NCBI GenBank assembly: GCA_965246715.1
Contig: CBDFFH010000053.1
Span: 27,306 to 91,305 of the forward strand
Source: Chamaesiphon sp.
GTDB lineage: Bacteria > Cyanobacteriota > Cyanobacteriia > Cyanobacteriales > Chamaesiphonaceae
Direction: 5' to 3'
DNA: 64,000 bases
Shown: positions 10,428 through 20,298 of the stretch, piece by piece
Numbering within the stretch: position 1 is the stretch's first letter
How the letters are laid out: each line of letters opens with the position of its first letter
Notes under the pieces: model-generated
The model's database searches: none
What the model was told of the DNA's origin: nothing
What the model saw: the letters and a program-made list of their open reading frames with translations, nothing else
Position numbers and translations under genes: made by a program

Positions 10428-11648
10428 CTACTGTTTGAATTTAAATAGTAAAAACTGGGTAATCTGACGATTGCTAAAGTTATTATCGCTGACTAGCAGC
10501 AGTGTTTGACTGCCATCAGACAGCCGCGATCCTAGTGCCATCCCCTCTTGATTGTCGATGTAGATATCTAGTTGTTTGAGGTCGAAGGCTAGCCGTTTTT
10601 GAATCGGTTGAATCGTGTTATTCCCTTTGAAACTAGCGATCCTACTAGTATCGGTAGCACCACCAGTAGCGGATTGGAAAATTTTGACGCGGAACCCCAG
10701 CAAGCCAAACGAACGTTCGAGCGTGAGAAAATGACCGCTAGTATCGATCGATTGAATCTCCGATAAGCCATGTTCGATCGCCCCTACTGGGGGAGAATCC
10801 AATTGATAGAGGTGTTCGCTGATAATTTCCGATCGGTCGCTCAACAGATAATGCAACCACCGATTTTTAGCGCCAGGAATCTTACCATCTTTATCTACTT
10901 TGGCGACTTCTTTGTCTTGCAGCAAAGAGGACTCAGTTGCCGCAAATAGCCGTAAGGGTTCGCCACTAGTAGGAAGAGTGCCAGTCGGTGCCAGTGTCAT
11001 TCCTTCAAAGGCGAGATTATTTTGCATGCCGCGTTTGCCTTCGGTATCGGTGAGGTAACGTTCGGGAATGGGTAAGGCTTGCTTGACGCGTCCGGTCTTG
11101 AGGTCAAATTCGGCGATAAAGGGCGGAATTTTTTTGAGTCTGTCACCCTCGCTAGAGACAAAAACCGAGGCTTGAGGGGTAATCGCGATGGCTTCTGTAT
11201 CAGTTTTACCTGGGGGATAGGTCGCCCCTGCGGCATCTCTAAGCAGGGTGACATCCGTGAGATCGACCTTATTGAATTTGACTCGTTCGGGATTGGTAGT
11301 ATCGAGATCGAGTTTGAGCGTATAAAATCTCGCGGGCGCTTTTTCGCCCCGATCGTCAGAAACAGCATAAAATACATTGCGTTGGCGATCGTATGTCAGT
11401 CCCGATAAGCCACCAACCAGAGTATCTTTGACTTTGAAGTCTTTAGGCAGTTTGTATTCGCCGATATACTCGATCGAGAGCTTATCGTTAAAAATGCGGC
11501 TGCTAGCTTCACTTGCAGATGGACTACAAGAGGTGAGAAACATCATGATGCCCATCACACACAATAACACTCCCAATGAAACCGTCGTTGCTAAAATCTT
11601 CCCACCAATTTTTTTGGGTTGAGGAGCGGGATTTCGATCTGAAGTCAT
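10428..11648 (-). CDS. Esterase-like activity of phytase family lipoprotein
   Basis: GGLSGLTYD, AVSDD, DTEAI, NNLAFEG, DNQEGM, LVSDNNF; lipobox LTSC. Confidence 0.88.
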   Translation of the reverse strand: MTSDRNPAPQPKKIGGKILATTVSLGVLLCVMGIMMFLTSCSPSASEASSRIFNDKLSIEYIGEYKLPKDFKVKDTLVGGLSGLTYDRQRNVFYAVSDDRGEKAPARFYTLKLDLDTTNPERVKFNKVDLTDVTLLRDAAGATYPPGKTDTEAIAITPQASVFVSSEGDRLKKIPPFIAEFDLKTGRVKQALPIPERYLTDTEGKRGMQNNLAFEGMTLAPTGTLPTSGEPLRLFAATESSLLQDKEVAKVDKDGKIPGAKNRWLHYLLSDRSEIISEHLYQLDSPPVGAIEHGLSEIQSIDTSGHFLTLERSFGLLGFRVKIFQSATGGATDTSRIASFKGNNTIQPIQKRLAFDLKQLDIYIDNQEGMALGSRLSDGSQTLLLVSDNNFSNRQITQFLLFKFKQ

Positions 11649-11783
11649 AAATATTAAATGTTAGATTAAATATTAGCGATCGACTGGAGTTAAGGTTCTC
11701 ATCAATTTTATCCGAACGGCAAGTTTTAGCTATGGCTATTAGTTAAAATATGTGTTATCCCGTCGCGCGATCGTCTTAGGTCT

Positions 11784-12320
11784 ATGTCATCATCTATATT
11801 GCCAGTTCCCGCCCAGATTAAATTCGATGAGGCAATCAGTCTCACTCAGGCATTCCTGACGCAGCTTAAAAAAGATGAATTAACTTCGAGTCAGATTCAG
11901 GATTTTGTTACTCAGTTGGTTGAGACTAGCAATGGTGCTAGAGGTTTTTTTGTTACTTATCTCACCGCAGCAGATCCGATTTGCGAGGAACCTCGATCGG
12001 AAATAATTACAGCTTTGGGCACTCATCCCGAGATAACTGCCGACTTATTAGTCAAGAATCTGGCGATGTCTACGGCTCAACAACTCTACCACCATCGGCG
12101 TAACGATCTCGAAATGGCAGCATCTTCTGCAACTGTAGCTGCCAGAACGCTGAAAATTATTCAACAGTTAAATCTACCCCAAATTCAGGAAATGTGTCGG
12201 GAATTGGTAGATACAATTACTACTGGAACTGGCTCTTACAGTGAGTTTTTGACCAGATGGGGTTATGATGACGAGCAAAAAAACTCGATCGAGCAAGTAG
12301 TCAATTCACTCGATATTTAA
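11784..12320 (+). CDS. Conserved cyanobacterial hypothetical protein
   Basis: NGARGFFVTYLT, LVKNLAMS, FLTRWGYD motifs. Confidence 0.75.
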   Translation: MSSSILPVPAQIKFDEAISLTQAFLTQLKKDELTSSQIQDFVTQLVETSNGARGFFVTYLTAADPICEEPRSEIITALGTHPEITADLLVKNLAMSTAQQLYHHRRNDLEMAASSATVAARTLKIIQQLNLPQIQEMCRELVDTITTGTGSYSEFLTRWGYDDEQKNSIEQVVNSLDI

Positions 12321-12331
12321 TAACTAGTAGT

Positions 12332-12625
12332 TCACTTACATACAAAGATTCGATCGTAAATCTCTTGATTTTCTAATTGAACTTGCTTGAGATCGTACCG
12401 AGCCTGCAGATTTAACCAAAACTCAGCACTATTTCCAAAATAGCGAGATAGTCGGATGGCAGTATCAGCGGAGATCGACTGCTTGCCACTAATAATTCGA
12501 CCGATTCGAGTTTGCGGAACCTGAATGTCAACACTCAATCTATAAGCAGTGATATTCTTAGGCTCTAAAAATTCAGTCCTCAAAATTTCACCAGGATGAA
12601 CTGCTGGTAACTGTTTATTCACCAT
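12332..12625 (-). CDS. higA: HigA family antitoxin (XRE HTH)
   Basis: HPGEILRTEFL, ISADTAIRLSRYFGNSAEFWLNLQARYDL. Confidence 0.92.
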   Translation of the reverse strand: MVNKQLPAVHPGEILRTEFLEPKNITAYRLSVDIQVPQTRIGRIISGKQSISADTAIRLSRYFGNSAEFWLNLQARYDLKQVQLENQEIYDRIFVCK

Positions 12626-12939
12626 CAGCTATTCATTCCTGTAATTTGACGTAAGATAGCATCCATTTTCCCACCTAGATCGACTCTCAACTCTCTAACC
12701 TCAATCTCTAGTCGGTCGAATCTCTGTTCCAGTCCGCTAAATTTTTGCTCCATTACATCAAATCTTTGACCCATGTAAAGCTCTAAGTCATCAATATCAT
12801 CATAAACTCGACCAAATGACTCTTTTAGTTCGCGACCAGTGACTTGGCTATCCTCTAGCCTTGTTAACCGTCGGCTCATGCTAATTAATTCACGATCTAT
12901 TTCTCGTCCCCGATCTTCTGGCTCTCTAGATTGACTCAT
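12625..12939 (-). CDS. Hypothetical coiled-coil protein, translationally coupled to higA
   Basis: Heptad repeats QRFDVME/QKFSGLE/QRFDRLE; its stop overlaps the higA start (TGATG). Confidence 0.75.
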   Translation of the reverse strand: MSQSREPEDRGREIDRELISMSRRLTRLEDSQVTGRELKESFGRVYDDIDDLELYMGQRFDVMEQKFSGLEQRFDRLEIEVRELRVDLGGKMDAILRQITGMNS

Positions 12940-12990
12940 AACTCAAGATACTATTGTTTGTTAATAGTATCACATCATGATAGTACTGTA

Positions 12991-13103
12991 AGTTCGGGAT
13001 ATGTGTCAGGAGCTATTGAGAACTGGCTCTTAGTGCGAGTTATTGACACGCTGGGGCTATGATAAGGAACAGAAAAACTCGATCGCGCAGGTAGTTACTT
13101 AGC
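12991..13103 (+). repeat. Degenerate duplicate of the 3' end of the 11784-12320 gene
   Basis: Reads VRDMCQELLRTGS*CELLTRWGYDKEQKNSIAQVV versus IQEMCRELV..TGSYSEFLTRWGYDDEQKNSIEQVV at about 12182-12305. Confidence 0.85.
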
Positions 13104-13158
13104 TTTTTGCAGGTTAATTCGAGCGATCTATGTAGCGCATTGCTTCACATAATATCGC

Positions 13159-13575
13159 TCATGGGCGTTTTATTGAATTTTTGACCATAATAACTAACGA
13201 CATCGAATCAGGATCGACATAAGAATTACCCTCCCAATAGTCGAAGTGATGATGGTATCCAGACCAAGTATCATCATCAAAGTCGAACCAGGTTGCAAAC
13301 CGCTCTAAAGATTCGGTGTCCCCTTCAATTTGTAAGTAATTTCCGACTACTGAAACCTTAGTTAAGGTTTCGCTTTTACTAATCGAAACATAACTTAAAC
13401 AATTATCATAAGGAGCCGGATCGACTATTCTGGCTTCGATGACACAATTTAATCGATCTTTATCATTTATTAAATCGAGCATCGATTGGCCGATTTTCCG
13501 TAACGCTGGTGTCGAACCTGATATGTCGAGTTCTCCATTACTACTAAATCTAATTTCGACCTTATCCATATCCAT
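13159..13575 (-). CDS. Possible Imm32-like immunity protein
   Basis: Acidic 138 aa with DPAPYD, L.I.G...LERFA, GYHHHFDY..VDPDS.SLVI; family assignment from memory only. Confidence 0.5.
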   Translation of the reverse strand: MDMDKVEIRFSSNGELDISGSTPALRKIGQSMLDLINDKDRLNCVIEARIVDPAPYDNCLSYVSISKSETLTKVSVVGNYLQIEGDTESLERFATWFDFDDDTWSGYHHHFDYWEGNSYVDPDSMSLVIMVKNSIKRP

Positions 13576-13606
13576 TTATTTCAACCATACGTTAATTTAT
13601 TGCTTC

Positions 13607-13640
13607 AAAAAACAAAAGAGGTCAGTAATGACCTCTTTTG
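13607..13640 (-). terminator. Intrinsic terminator of apcABC
   Basis: Perfect 12-bp stem CAAAAGAGGTCA/TGACCTCTTTTG followed by a U-tract on the minus strand. Confidence 0.8.
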
Positions 13641-13664
13641 CAACTTTAAATTTAAACCTAATAA

Positions 13665-13868
13665 TTAAAGTAAACCAGTATTGGCACCTTGTTTGCCAGT
13701 AGCTAGTTCGACTTTAATGATTTTACCGCCCATTTTCATGATGCGTTGTTGTTCGCGGAACCAGTTATCGTAAGGAACTAACTTAGTGAAAAAAGTATTT
13801 TGGAGTTCGCGCTGAGTTCTGATCCGAGTTTGACTGGGAACACAGGCGGTGACTTTGAACATCCGCAT
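13665..13868 (-). CDS. apcC: Allophycocyanin core linker Lc7.8
   Basis: MRMFKVTACVPSQTRIRTQRELQNTFFTKLVPYDNWFREQQRI. Confidence 0.98.
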   Translation of the reverse strand: MRMFKVTACVPSQTRIRTQRELQNTFFTKLVPYDNWFREQQRIMKMGGKIIKVELATGKQGANTGLL

Positions 13869-14125
13869 ATTAATGGTTCTCCTTAATTTTATTATTTTGG
13901 ATAAGCTATATTCATTTTCGCACTTTTCGATCGTCGATCGGTCAGTCTTAATAATTTACTGACAATAAAGATGCGATCGCTTAAAAACATCAAAGTCTGG
14001 GAGTCAAAGGTTCATCTTAGATCGTCAAAACTCACCTTAGTTAGACTAGATAAGCTGTTGAAGAGCTAACATTCACATCAGACTTCCCAGACTCGATTCG
14101 GGTTACTTACAACTCAATCTACAAA

Positions 14126-14611
14126 TTAGCCTAAGCCAGAGCAGATATAGTCTAAGTAAACGCCCATTTCTTTACCAGCATCAGAACCAACTAAGCTAGC
14201 AGTAACTTCTTTGATCGCTTGGATTGCTTGAACTGTAGCAGCTACAGGTACGCCCAAGGAGTTGTAAGTTTCTTTTAAGCCGTTGAGTACGCGCTCATCC
14301 AAGATGGAAGGGTCGCCAGCTAGCATTGCATAGGTAGCATAACGGAGGTAGTAGTCTAAGTCGCGGATGCAAGCAGCATAACGACGAGTGGTGTACATGT
14401 TACCACCGGGACGGGTGATATCAGAGTACAGCAAGGATTTAGCTACGGCTTCTTTAACGATCGTTGCAGCGTTTGCACTGATCGTACCAGCTGCACGAAC
14501 GCGGAGTTCGCCAGTCCCGAAGTAAGCTTTGAGCTTGTCGAGTGCGGTGGAGTCAAGGTATTTACCTTGAACGTCAGATGAATTGATAACAGAAGTAATT
14601 GCGTCTTGCAC
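14126..14611 (-). CDS. apcB: Allophycocyanin beta subunit (GTG start)
   Basis: [38 protein letters not shown]. Confidence 0.98.
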   Translation of the reverse strand: MQDAITSVINSSDVQGKYLDSTALDKLKAYFGTGELRVRAAGTISANAATIVKEAVAKSLLYSDITRPGGNMYTTRRYAACIRDLDYYLRYATYAMLAGDPSILDERVLNGLKETYNSLGVPVAATVQAIQAIKEVTASLVGSDAGKEMGVYLDYICSGLG

Positions 14612-14693
14612 GATCCTAAATTCCTTATTTAGTATTTAAGTTGCTTAATCTTTGGTTAGATAACCGAGTTGAAATGAGTTAACTAGTTTGGAA

Positions 14694-15179
14694 CTAGCTC
14701 ATTGCACCGATTAGGTAGTCGAAGTAAGCACCAGCTTCAGCAGCGTCTTCACCAGACATCATCGCGGAAGCAGCATCTTTCATCGCCCGAACGCCACCAG
14801 CAACGGCTTCGATGGGGGTACCTAAAGATCTGTACATTTCACGGACACCAACTACACCGATTTCTTCGATCGGAGTAACATCACCAGCAACCACACCATA
14901 AGTGATGAGGCGGAGGTAATAGTCTAAGTCGCGCAAGCAAGTTGCAGTCATTTCTTCGCCGTAAGCGTTACCACCGGGGGAAACGACATCGGGACGTTGT
15001 TGGAACAGTTTGTCGCCTGCACCTTTAACTAGACGCTCGCGCGAGTCAGTTAAGGTTTGAGCGATGCGGAGACGACGTTCGCCAGAAGTGACGAAAGTTT
15101 TGATCCGATCTAATTCGCCGGGACTCAAATAACGAGCTTCAGCATCTGCATTGACGATCGCTTTGGTGACGATACTCAT
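14694..15179 (-). CDS. apcA: Allophycocyanin alpha subunit
   Basis: [44 protein letters not shown]. Confidence 0.98.
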   Translation of the reverse strand: MSIVTKAIVNADAEARYLSPGELDRIKTFVTSGERRLRIAQTLTDSRERLVKGAGDKLFQQRPDVVSPGGNAYGEEMTATCLRDLDYYLRLITYGVVAGDVTPIEEIGVVGVREMYRSLGTPIEAVAGGVRAMKDAASAMMSGEDAAEAGAYFDYLIGAMS

Positions 15180-15381
15180 TGTGGGACTACTCCAAAAAGT
15201 TTGTTACCAGACTTGTGATTAACTGGCTGATGCCAGTGGGTCTGAGCTTAAATTATAGTAGCTTATAAAATATATAAGTTAGGCTATGACTCAGGTGCCT
15301 TCCGCAAACATTTTGCGATATTATGACTGGTTTCTGAGTACATTCTTAATAGTTTGTAACGATCGGGGCGTTGGCGAGGGC

Positions 15382-15414
15382 AGATCCCCGACTTCTGTGA
15401 GAAGTCGGGGATCT
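15382..15414. repeat. Perfect palindromic short dispersed repeat
   Basis: AGATCCCCGACTTCT-GTG-AGAAGTCGGGGATCT. Confidence 0.8.
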
Positions 15415-15471
15415 CGCAGTAACTGCTTACATTCGAGTTTAAACTAGAAAGACTCGACACCTACTATAGTT

Positions 15472-16560
15472 TTGGCTATGACTGAGAATGCGCTGCCACA
15501 TCAGGAATATACTGCTGCGATCGATCGAGTCAGTTTACTAGCAGAGCAGCTAGAAAATGCAGAACCAGCACGACGAGAGGAGATTCAGGCAGCGATTCAT
15601 CGGTTAATCGCTCAAGCTGCCGATCTGTCTATGACAGATGAGGAAAAGCAATTTCGAGATGATTTTATCAAGCATAATGTCGATTTGATGGAGAATGTGG
15701 TTATTCCTACTCAAGAATTTGTTTATCAAGCGACAAAAGTGATCGTACAGCAACGAAAACGTGATATTCAACCTCGATTATATGAGTTTGAATCTATTAC
15801 TTTTGATGGACAGACTATCTATAAGATTCCTCACCAAGGACGACATTTTACGGAAGATTTAGGTGTAAACATAGCATTGGAGATGGTTTGTATTCAGTCT
15901 GGCAGTTTTTTGATGGGCGATCCACCGCAAAAAGATTATGCCTGTTGGATACCCCAACATTTAGTGACAGTACCAGCATTCTCGATCGGTAAATTTGCTA
16001 TTACTCAAGCACGATGGGTTGCAATAATGGAACATAATCTATCATCAAATGTAGGGAGCGATCGTTTGCCCGTTGATAATGTCTCTTGGGATGATGCCAA
16101 TGAATTTTGTCAGCGATTGTCATTGTATACGGGACGAAAATATCGATTACCTAGCGAGGCTGAGTGGGAGTATGCTTGTCGAGCAGGCACAACCACCGCT
16201 TACAGTTGGGGCGATGAGATCGATCGAAGGATTGTTAATTATTTTGACTTAGATCCTGATAATGAGGAGAAATTTGGGACTAAGCCTGTCGGTCGCTACG
16301 ATCCAAATGCCTTTGGTTTATATGATATGCATGGCAATGTTTTTGAATTATGCCAAGACCGATGGCATTATGACTATGAAGGTGCTCCAAATGACGGCAG
16401 TGCTTGGATCGATCGAGCAGAAAATCCTGAAAGGATCGTAATTAGGGGTGGCTCCTTTGACTACTATGAAGATAATTGTCGATCGTCATACCGAAGTGAA
16501 ACAGATCGAGAATATCGATATCATGGTACTGGTTTTCGAGTAGTTAGCAATGCTGTATAG
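15472..16560 (+). CDS. Formylglycine-generating enzyme (SUMF1/FGE) domain protein
   Basis: GSFLMG, PVDNVSWDDA, RLPSEAEWEYACRAG, PNAFGLYDMHGNVFE, RGGS, GFRVV. Confidence 0.9.
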   Translation: MAMTENALPHQEYTAAIDRVSLLAEQLENAEPARREEIQAAIHRLIAQAADLSMTDEEKQFRDDFIKHNVDLMENVVIPTQEFVYQATKVIVQQRKRDIQPRLYEFESITFDGQTIYKIPHQGRHFTEDLGVNIALEMVCIQSGSFLMGDPPQKDYACWIPQHLVTVPAFSIGKFAITQARWVAIMEHNLSSNVGSDRLPVDNVSWDDANEFCQRLSLYTGRKYRLPSEAEWEYACRAGTTTAYSWGDEIDRRIVNYFDLDPDNEEKFGTKPVGRYDPNAFGLYDMHGNVFELCQDRWHYDYEGAPNDGSAWIDRAENPERIVIRGGSFDYYEDNCRSSYRSETDREYRYHGTGFRVVSNAV

Positions 16561-16653
16561 AGTAGCTTTGAAAATGACGTTTTGGGATGATTGAGAGCGA
16601 ATTTTATTCGATATACATAAATAAAATTAATTTACACAAGAGTTGCAAACTGT

Positions 16654-17544
16654 ATGGCCGATATTCCTTTTTTGATTCTGGATGTTTTTGCTTCGGCTAA
16701 ATACACGGGCAATCAATTGGCTGTTTGTTTAGATGCTGGAGACTTAACGGATCTTCAGATGCAGCAGATCGCGCGCGAGATTAATTTTTCAGAAACGACG
16801 TTCGTTACCAGCTCAGTGCCAATTAATGGGGGTTACGACACGCGGATTTTTACACCCATGACAGAATTACCATTTGCTGGACATCCTACATTAGGAACGG
16901 CATTTGCCATCCAGCAGGAGGTGATTAGACAATCGATCGATCGAGTCAATCTCAACTATCAAGTCGGGCAAATTCCAGTTGATTTTAATTACCGCAATGG
17001 CTCGCCAGATATTTTGTGGATGCACCAGCAGCAACCGCAATTTTACGATGCACTCTCGGCTGAGACGCTAGCTAAAGTTATTGGCGTAGCTGCGTCCGAC
17101 ATCGATGCGCGTTATCCGATCGAACCTGTATCCACAGGGTTACCATTTATAATAGTCCCGCTGACAAATATCGCAGCGGTAATTCGGGCAAAATTAAATC
17201 TGGATCTGTACGAGCGAGTAGTTGCTGACTTACCAGCACAGGCGATCTTAGTCTTTTGCGCCGAATCGATCGATCCGCAGTGTCAGTTACACGTTCGCGT
17301 ATTTACCGAATGTTTTGGGATTCCTGAAGATCCAGCAACGGGTAGTGCTAATGGGTGTCTAGCGGCTTACCTAGCTAAATATCGGTATTTTGGCAGTTCG
17401 GATGTAGACATTACCGTCGAACAGGGTGTGGAGATGGGGCGGAATTCACGTCTATATCTGCGCGCTCGACAGACAGAAGCTAGCTACTCGGTTAGTGTTG
17501 GCGGTCGTGTGGTGCAGATTGCCACAGGCGAATTTATTCGGTAA
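16654..17544 (+). CDS. PhzF family epimerase/isomerase
   Basis: DVF..GNQLAV, EINFSETTF, RIFTP.ELPFAGHPTLG, EDPATGSANG. Confidence 0.92.
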   Translation: MADIPFLILDVFASAKYTGNQLAVCLDAGDLTDLQMQQIAREINFSETTFVTSSVPINGGYDTRIFTPMTELPFAGHPTLGTAFAIQQEVIRQSIDRVNLNYQVGQIPVDFNYRNGSPDILWMHQQQPQFYDALSAETLAKVIGVAASDIDARYPIEPVSTGLPFIIVPLTNIAAVIRAKLNLDLYERVVADLPAQAILVFCAESIDPQCQLHVRVFTECFGIPEDPATGSANGCLAAYLAKYRYFGSSDVDITVEQGVEMGRNSRLYLRARQTEASYSVSVGGRVVQIATGEFIR

Positions 17545-17864
17545 GAGTGACTTTGTTGGTACTGAGTGGGTGAGGGTGGGCTTTGGTTGAAAATTGTCAG
17601 TTAGTTACGGGGACTATTTACATCCATCTGCCCCTACATTAGATCTCGACGGGGAAGGCTATAATTCTTTAGTGACAACAGTTATTGCCACCATCTACTC
17701 TTTACGATCCACTATTTGCCGACCGACCCTTTGCGGAAATCTGAGAATTACGTTAAATTTAATTAAGATATATTTTGGTAAATTTTTAAACAGTTTATTT
17801 AAAAAATAATTTTAAGACAAGTCGCTCGATCGATCCTTCCCCCTAACCAAAGGCAAACAAAAAT

Positions 17865-19751
17865 ATGAAGTTTTCGTGGAAACTAGCAGTACTGTGGGCG
17901 ATTCCCGCTCTGACGATCGGCTTTTTCGTCTGGCAAGGTGCATTTGCCCCCGTCACCGCTGAAGTTGGTAAAAATACCGCGAGTACGCGGATGACCTATG
18001 GTAGATTCCTGGAGTATCTCGATGCCAATCGGGTCAAAGCAGTCGATCTGTATGATGGTGGTAGAACGGCGATCGTCGAAGCCATCGATCCAGATCTAGA
18101 AAATCGGATGCAACGCTTGCGAGTCGATTTACCTAATAACTCGCCAGAATTGATTTCGAGATTGCGCGACTCCAATATCTCCTTTGATAGTCACCCCGTC
18201 CGTAATGATGGTGCCGTCTGGGGTTTCCTCGGTAACCTAGTATTCCCAGTCTTATTAATTAGCGGTCTATTCTTACTCTTCCGCCGTTCCAACAATATGC
18301 CTGGTGGCCCTGGTCAAGCGATGAACTTTGGTAAATCCAAAGCTAAGTTTCAGATGGATGCCAAAACTGGCGTGATGTTTGACGATGTGGCAGGGATTGC
18401 TGAAGCCAAAGAAGAATTGCAAGAAGTCGTTACCTTCCTCAAACAACCCGAACGGTTTACGGCTGTCGGTGCCAAGATTCCTAAAGGTGTCTTGTTAGTC
18501 GGCCCTCCAGGTACCGGTAAAACCCTGCTCGCCAAAGCGATCGCGGGTGAAGCTGGCGTACCATTCTTTAGTATCTCTGGTTCGGAATTTGTGGAAATGT
18601 TTGTCGGTGTGGGTGCATCCCGCGTCCGCGACTTGTTCAAAAAAGCGAAAGAAAACGCTCCTTGTATCATCTTTATCGATGAAATCGATGCTGTCGGTCG
18701 CCAACGTGGTGCTGGTATCGGTGGTGGTAACGACGAGCGCGAACAAACTTTGAACCAAATGCTCACCGAGATGGATGGGTTTGAAGGCAATACGGGGATT
18801 ATTATTATCGCTGCTACCAACCGTCCTGACGTGTTAGATTCGGCACTATTACGTCCCGGCCGATTCGATCGTCAAGTTCAGGTAGATCCACCTGATGTTG
18901 CTGGGCGGATTGAAATCCTCAACGTTCACGCACGGAATAAGAAATTAGGCGAGGACATTTCCTTAGAAGCGATCGCGCGCCGGACTCCTGGTTTCAGTGG
19001 TGCTGACTTAGCTAACTTGCTAAATGAAGCTGCAATTCTCACCGCTCGTCGTCGCAAAGACGCGATTTCTAACCTTGAAATCGATGATGCGGTAGACCGT
19101 GTAGTTGCTGGGATGGAAGGTACGCCACTGATCGATGGTAAGAGCAAACGTCTGATCGCCTACCATGAAGTCGGTCACGCGATCGTCGCAACCCTCGTAC
19201 CCGCTCACGATCCACTTCAGAAAGTCACGCTGATCCCACGCGGACAAGCTCAAGGCTTGACTTGGTTCACACCTTCGGAAGATCAATCATTGATTTCGCG
19301 GACACAATTACGCGCACGGATTACGGGTGCGCTCGGCGGACGCGCAGCAGAAGAAGTAATCTTCGGCGACTCGGAAGTAACCACTGGTGCTGGCGGAGAC
19401 TTACAACAAGTCACTTCGATGGCGCGGCAGATGGTAACACGGTTTGGGATGTCCAAACTCGGCCCGCTCTCACTCGAAAGCCAATCCGGTGAAGTCTTCC
19501 TTGGTGGTAACTGGGGTGCTAAATCTGAATATTCAGAAGAAATTGCTACCCAAATCGACAAAGAAGTCCGTAGCATTGTCGCGCAGTCGCATCAAGAAGC
19601 ACTGACAATCATGCGTGAAAATCGTACGGTAATCGATCGATTGGTGGATCTCTTAATCGAGAAAGAAACGATCGATGGTGAAGAATTCCGTCAAATCGTC
19701 GCGGAATACCGTGTCGTACCTGAAAAGCCTCAGTTTGCCCCAATGCTGTAG
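17865..19751 (+). CDS. ftsH: ATP-dependent zinc metalloprotease FtsH (FtsH2-like)
   Basis: Two TM helices, [18 protein letters not shown] region, HEVGH. Confidence 0.97.
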   Translation: MKFSWKLAVLWAIPALTIGFFVWQGAFAPVTAEVGKNTASTRMTYGRFLEYLDANRVKAVDLYDGGRTAIVEAIDPDLENRMQRLRVDLPNNSPELISRLRDSNISFDSHPVRNDGAVWGFLGNLVFPVLLISGLFLLFRRSNNMPGGPGQAMNFGKSKAKFQMDAKTGVMFDDVAGIAEAKEELQEVVTFLKQPERFTAVGAKIPKGVLLVGPPGTGKTLLAKAIAGEAGVPFFSISGSEFVEMFVGVGASRVRDLFKKAKENAPCIIFIDEIDAVGRQRGAGIGGGNDEREQTLNQMLTEMDGFEGNTGIIIIAATNRPDVLDSALLRPGRFDRQVQVDPPDVAGRIEILNVHARNKKLGEDISLEAIARRTPGFSGADLANLLNEAAILTARRRKDAISNLEIDDAVDRVVAGMEGTPLIDGKSKRLIAYHEVGHAIVATLVPAHDPLQKVTLIPRGQAQGLTWFTPSEDQSLISRTQLRARITGALGGRAAEEVIFGDSEVTTGAGGDLQQVTSMARQMVTRFGMSKLGPLSLESQSGEVFLGGNWGAKSEYSEEIATQIDKEVRSIVAQSHQEALTIMRENRTVIDRLVDLLIEKETIDGEEFRQIVAEYRVVPEKPQFAPML

Positions 19752-19778
19752 AATTACTCCGCTCTTCTAATTATCAAG

Positions 19779-19810
19779 AAGCCCCGATCGTCTAACGATC
19801 GGGGCTTTTT
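19779..19810 (+). terminator. Intrinsic terminator of ftsH
   Basis: AAGCCCCGATCGT/ACGATCGGGGCTT stem plus T-run. Confidence 0.85.
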
Positions 19811-19821
19811 ATTACTCCAAA

Positions 19822-20001
19822 AAATCCCCTCCTCGGATGGGTGCCCGTAGGGTGGGGTGGGTAGATCTCCGCCACCCACAAATCATCTCCCAACTATCTC
19901 AACCCCTAACAGGCTGGCAGAGAATAAATGGATGGTTCGATCGATCGAAGTTGAGAGATTGGTGCGAAGGTGGTGAACCCACCCCTCCGAGGAGGGGATT
20001 T
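19822..20001. mobile_element. MITE/REP-like element, 180 bp
   Basis: 22-bp IRs AAATCCCCTCCTCGGATGGGTG / CACCCCTCCGAGGAGGGGATTT (21/22 match). Confidence 0.7.
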
Positions 20002-20016
20002 ATATGCGGAGAATTG

Positions 20017-20210
20017 AATATTTTGGAGCCAGTCTTCTACTCTGGAGTGGGGTGATTCGCGATGGCGTTGGTCGTTGTAATTGAGCAAATACTGATGGAG
20101 CCACTGATTAGCTTCTACTTCGGTCTCAAGTGACTGGATAGTTGCAGCTAATGTGGTCTCAAAATTGCGATGATTGTGGTCTGGAGTGATTAGTATTGTG
20201 GGTCGCTACA
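20017..20210 (-). mobile_element. IS481-like remnant: TGT end plus internal transposase scrap
   Basis: Minus strand starts TGTAGCGACCCACAAT..GACCACAAT..GACCACAT (three repeated sites), then ETEVEANQWLHQYLLNYNDQRHRESPHSRVEDWLQNI. Confidence 0.55.
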
Positions 20211-20298
20211 CTTAGCGATCGATTGGCAATACAAAAGGGGCACATTGGATGTGCCTCTTCGATCGGTCGAGTTACAAATAGTAACTTATTTGCCTAAT

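Noticed and set aside
15472..16560. Diversity-generating retroelement target
   Set aside because: No reverse transcriptase or template repeat in the window
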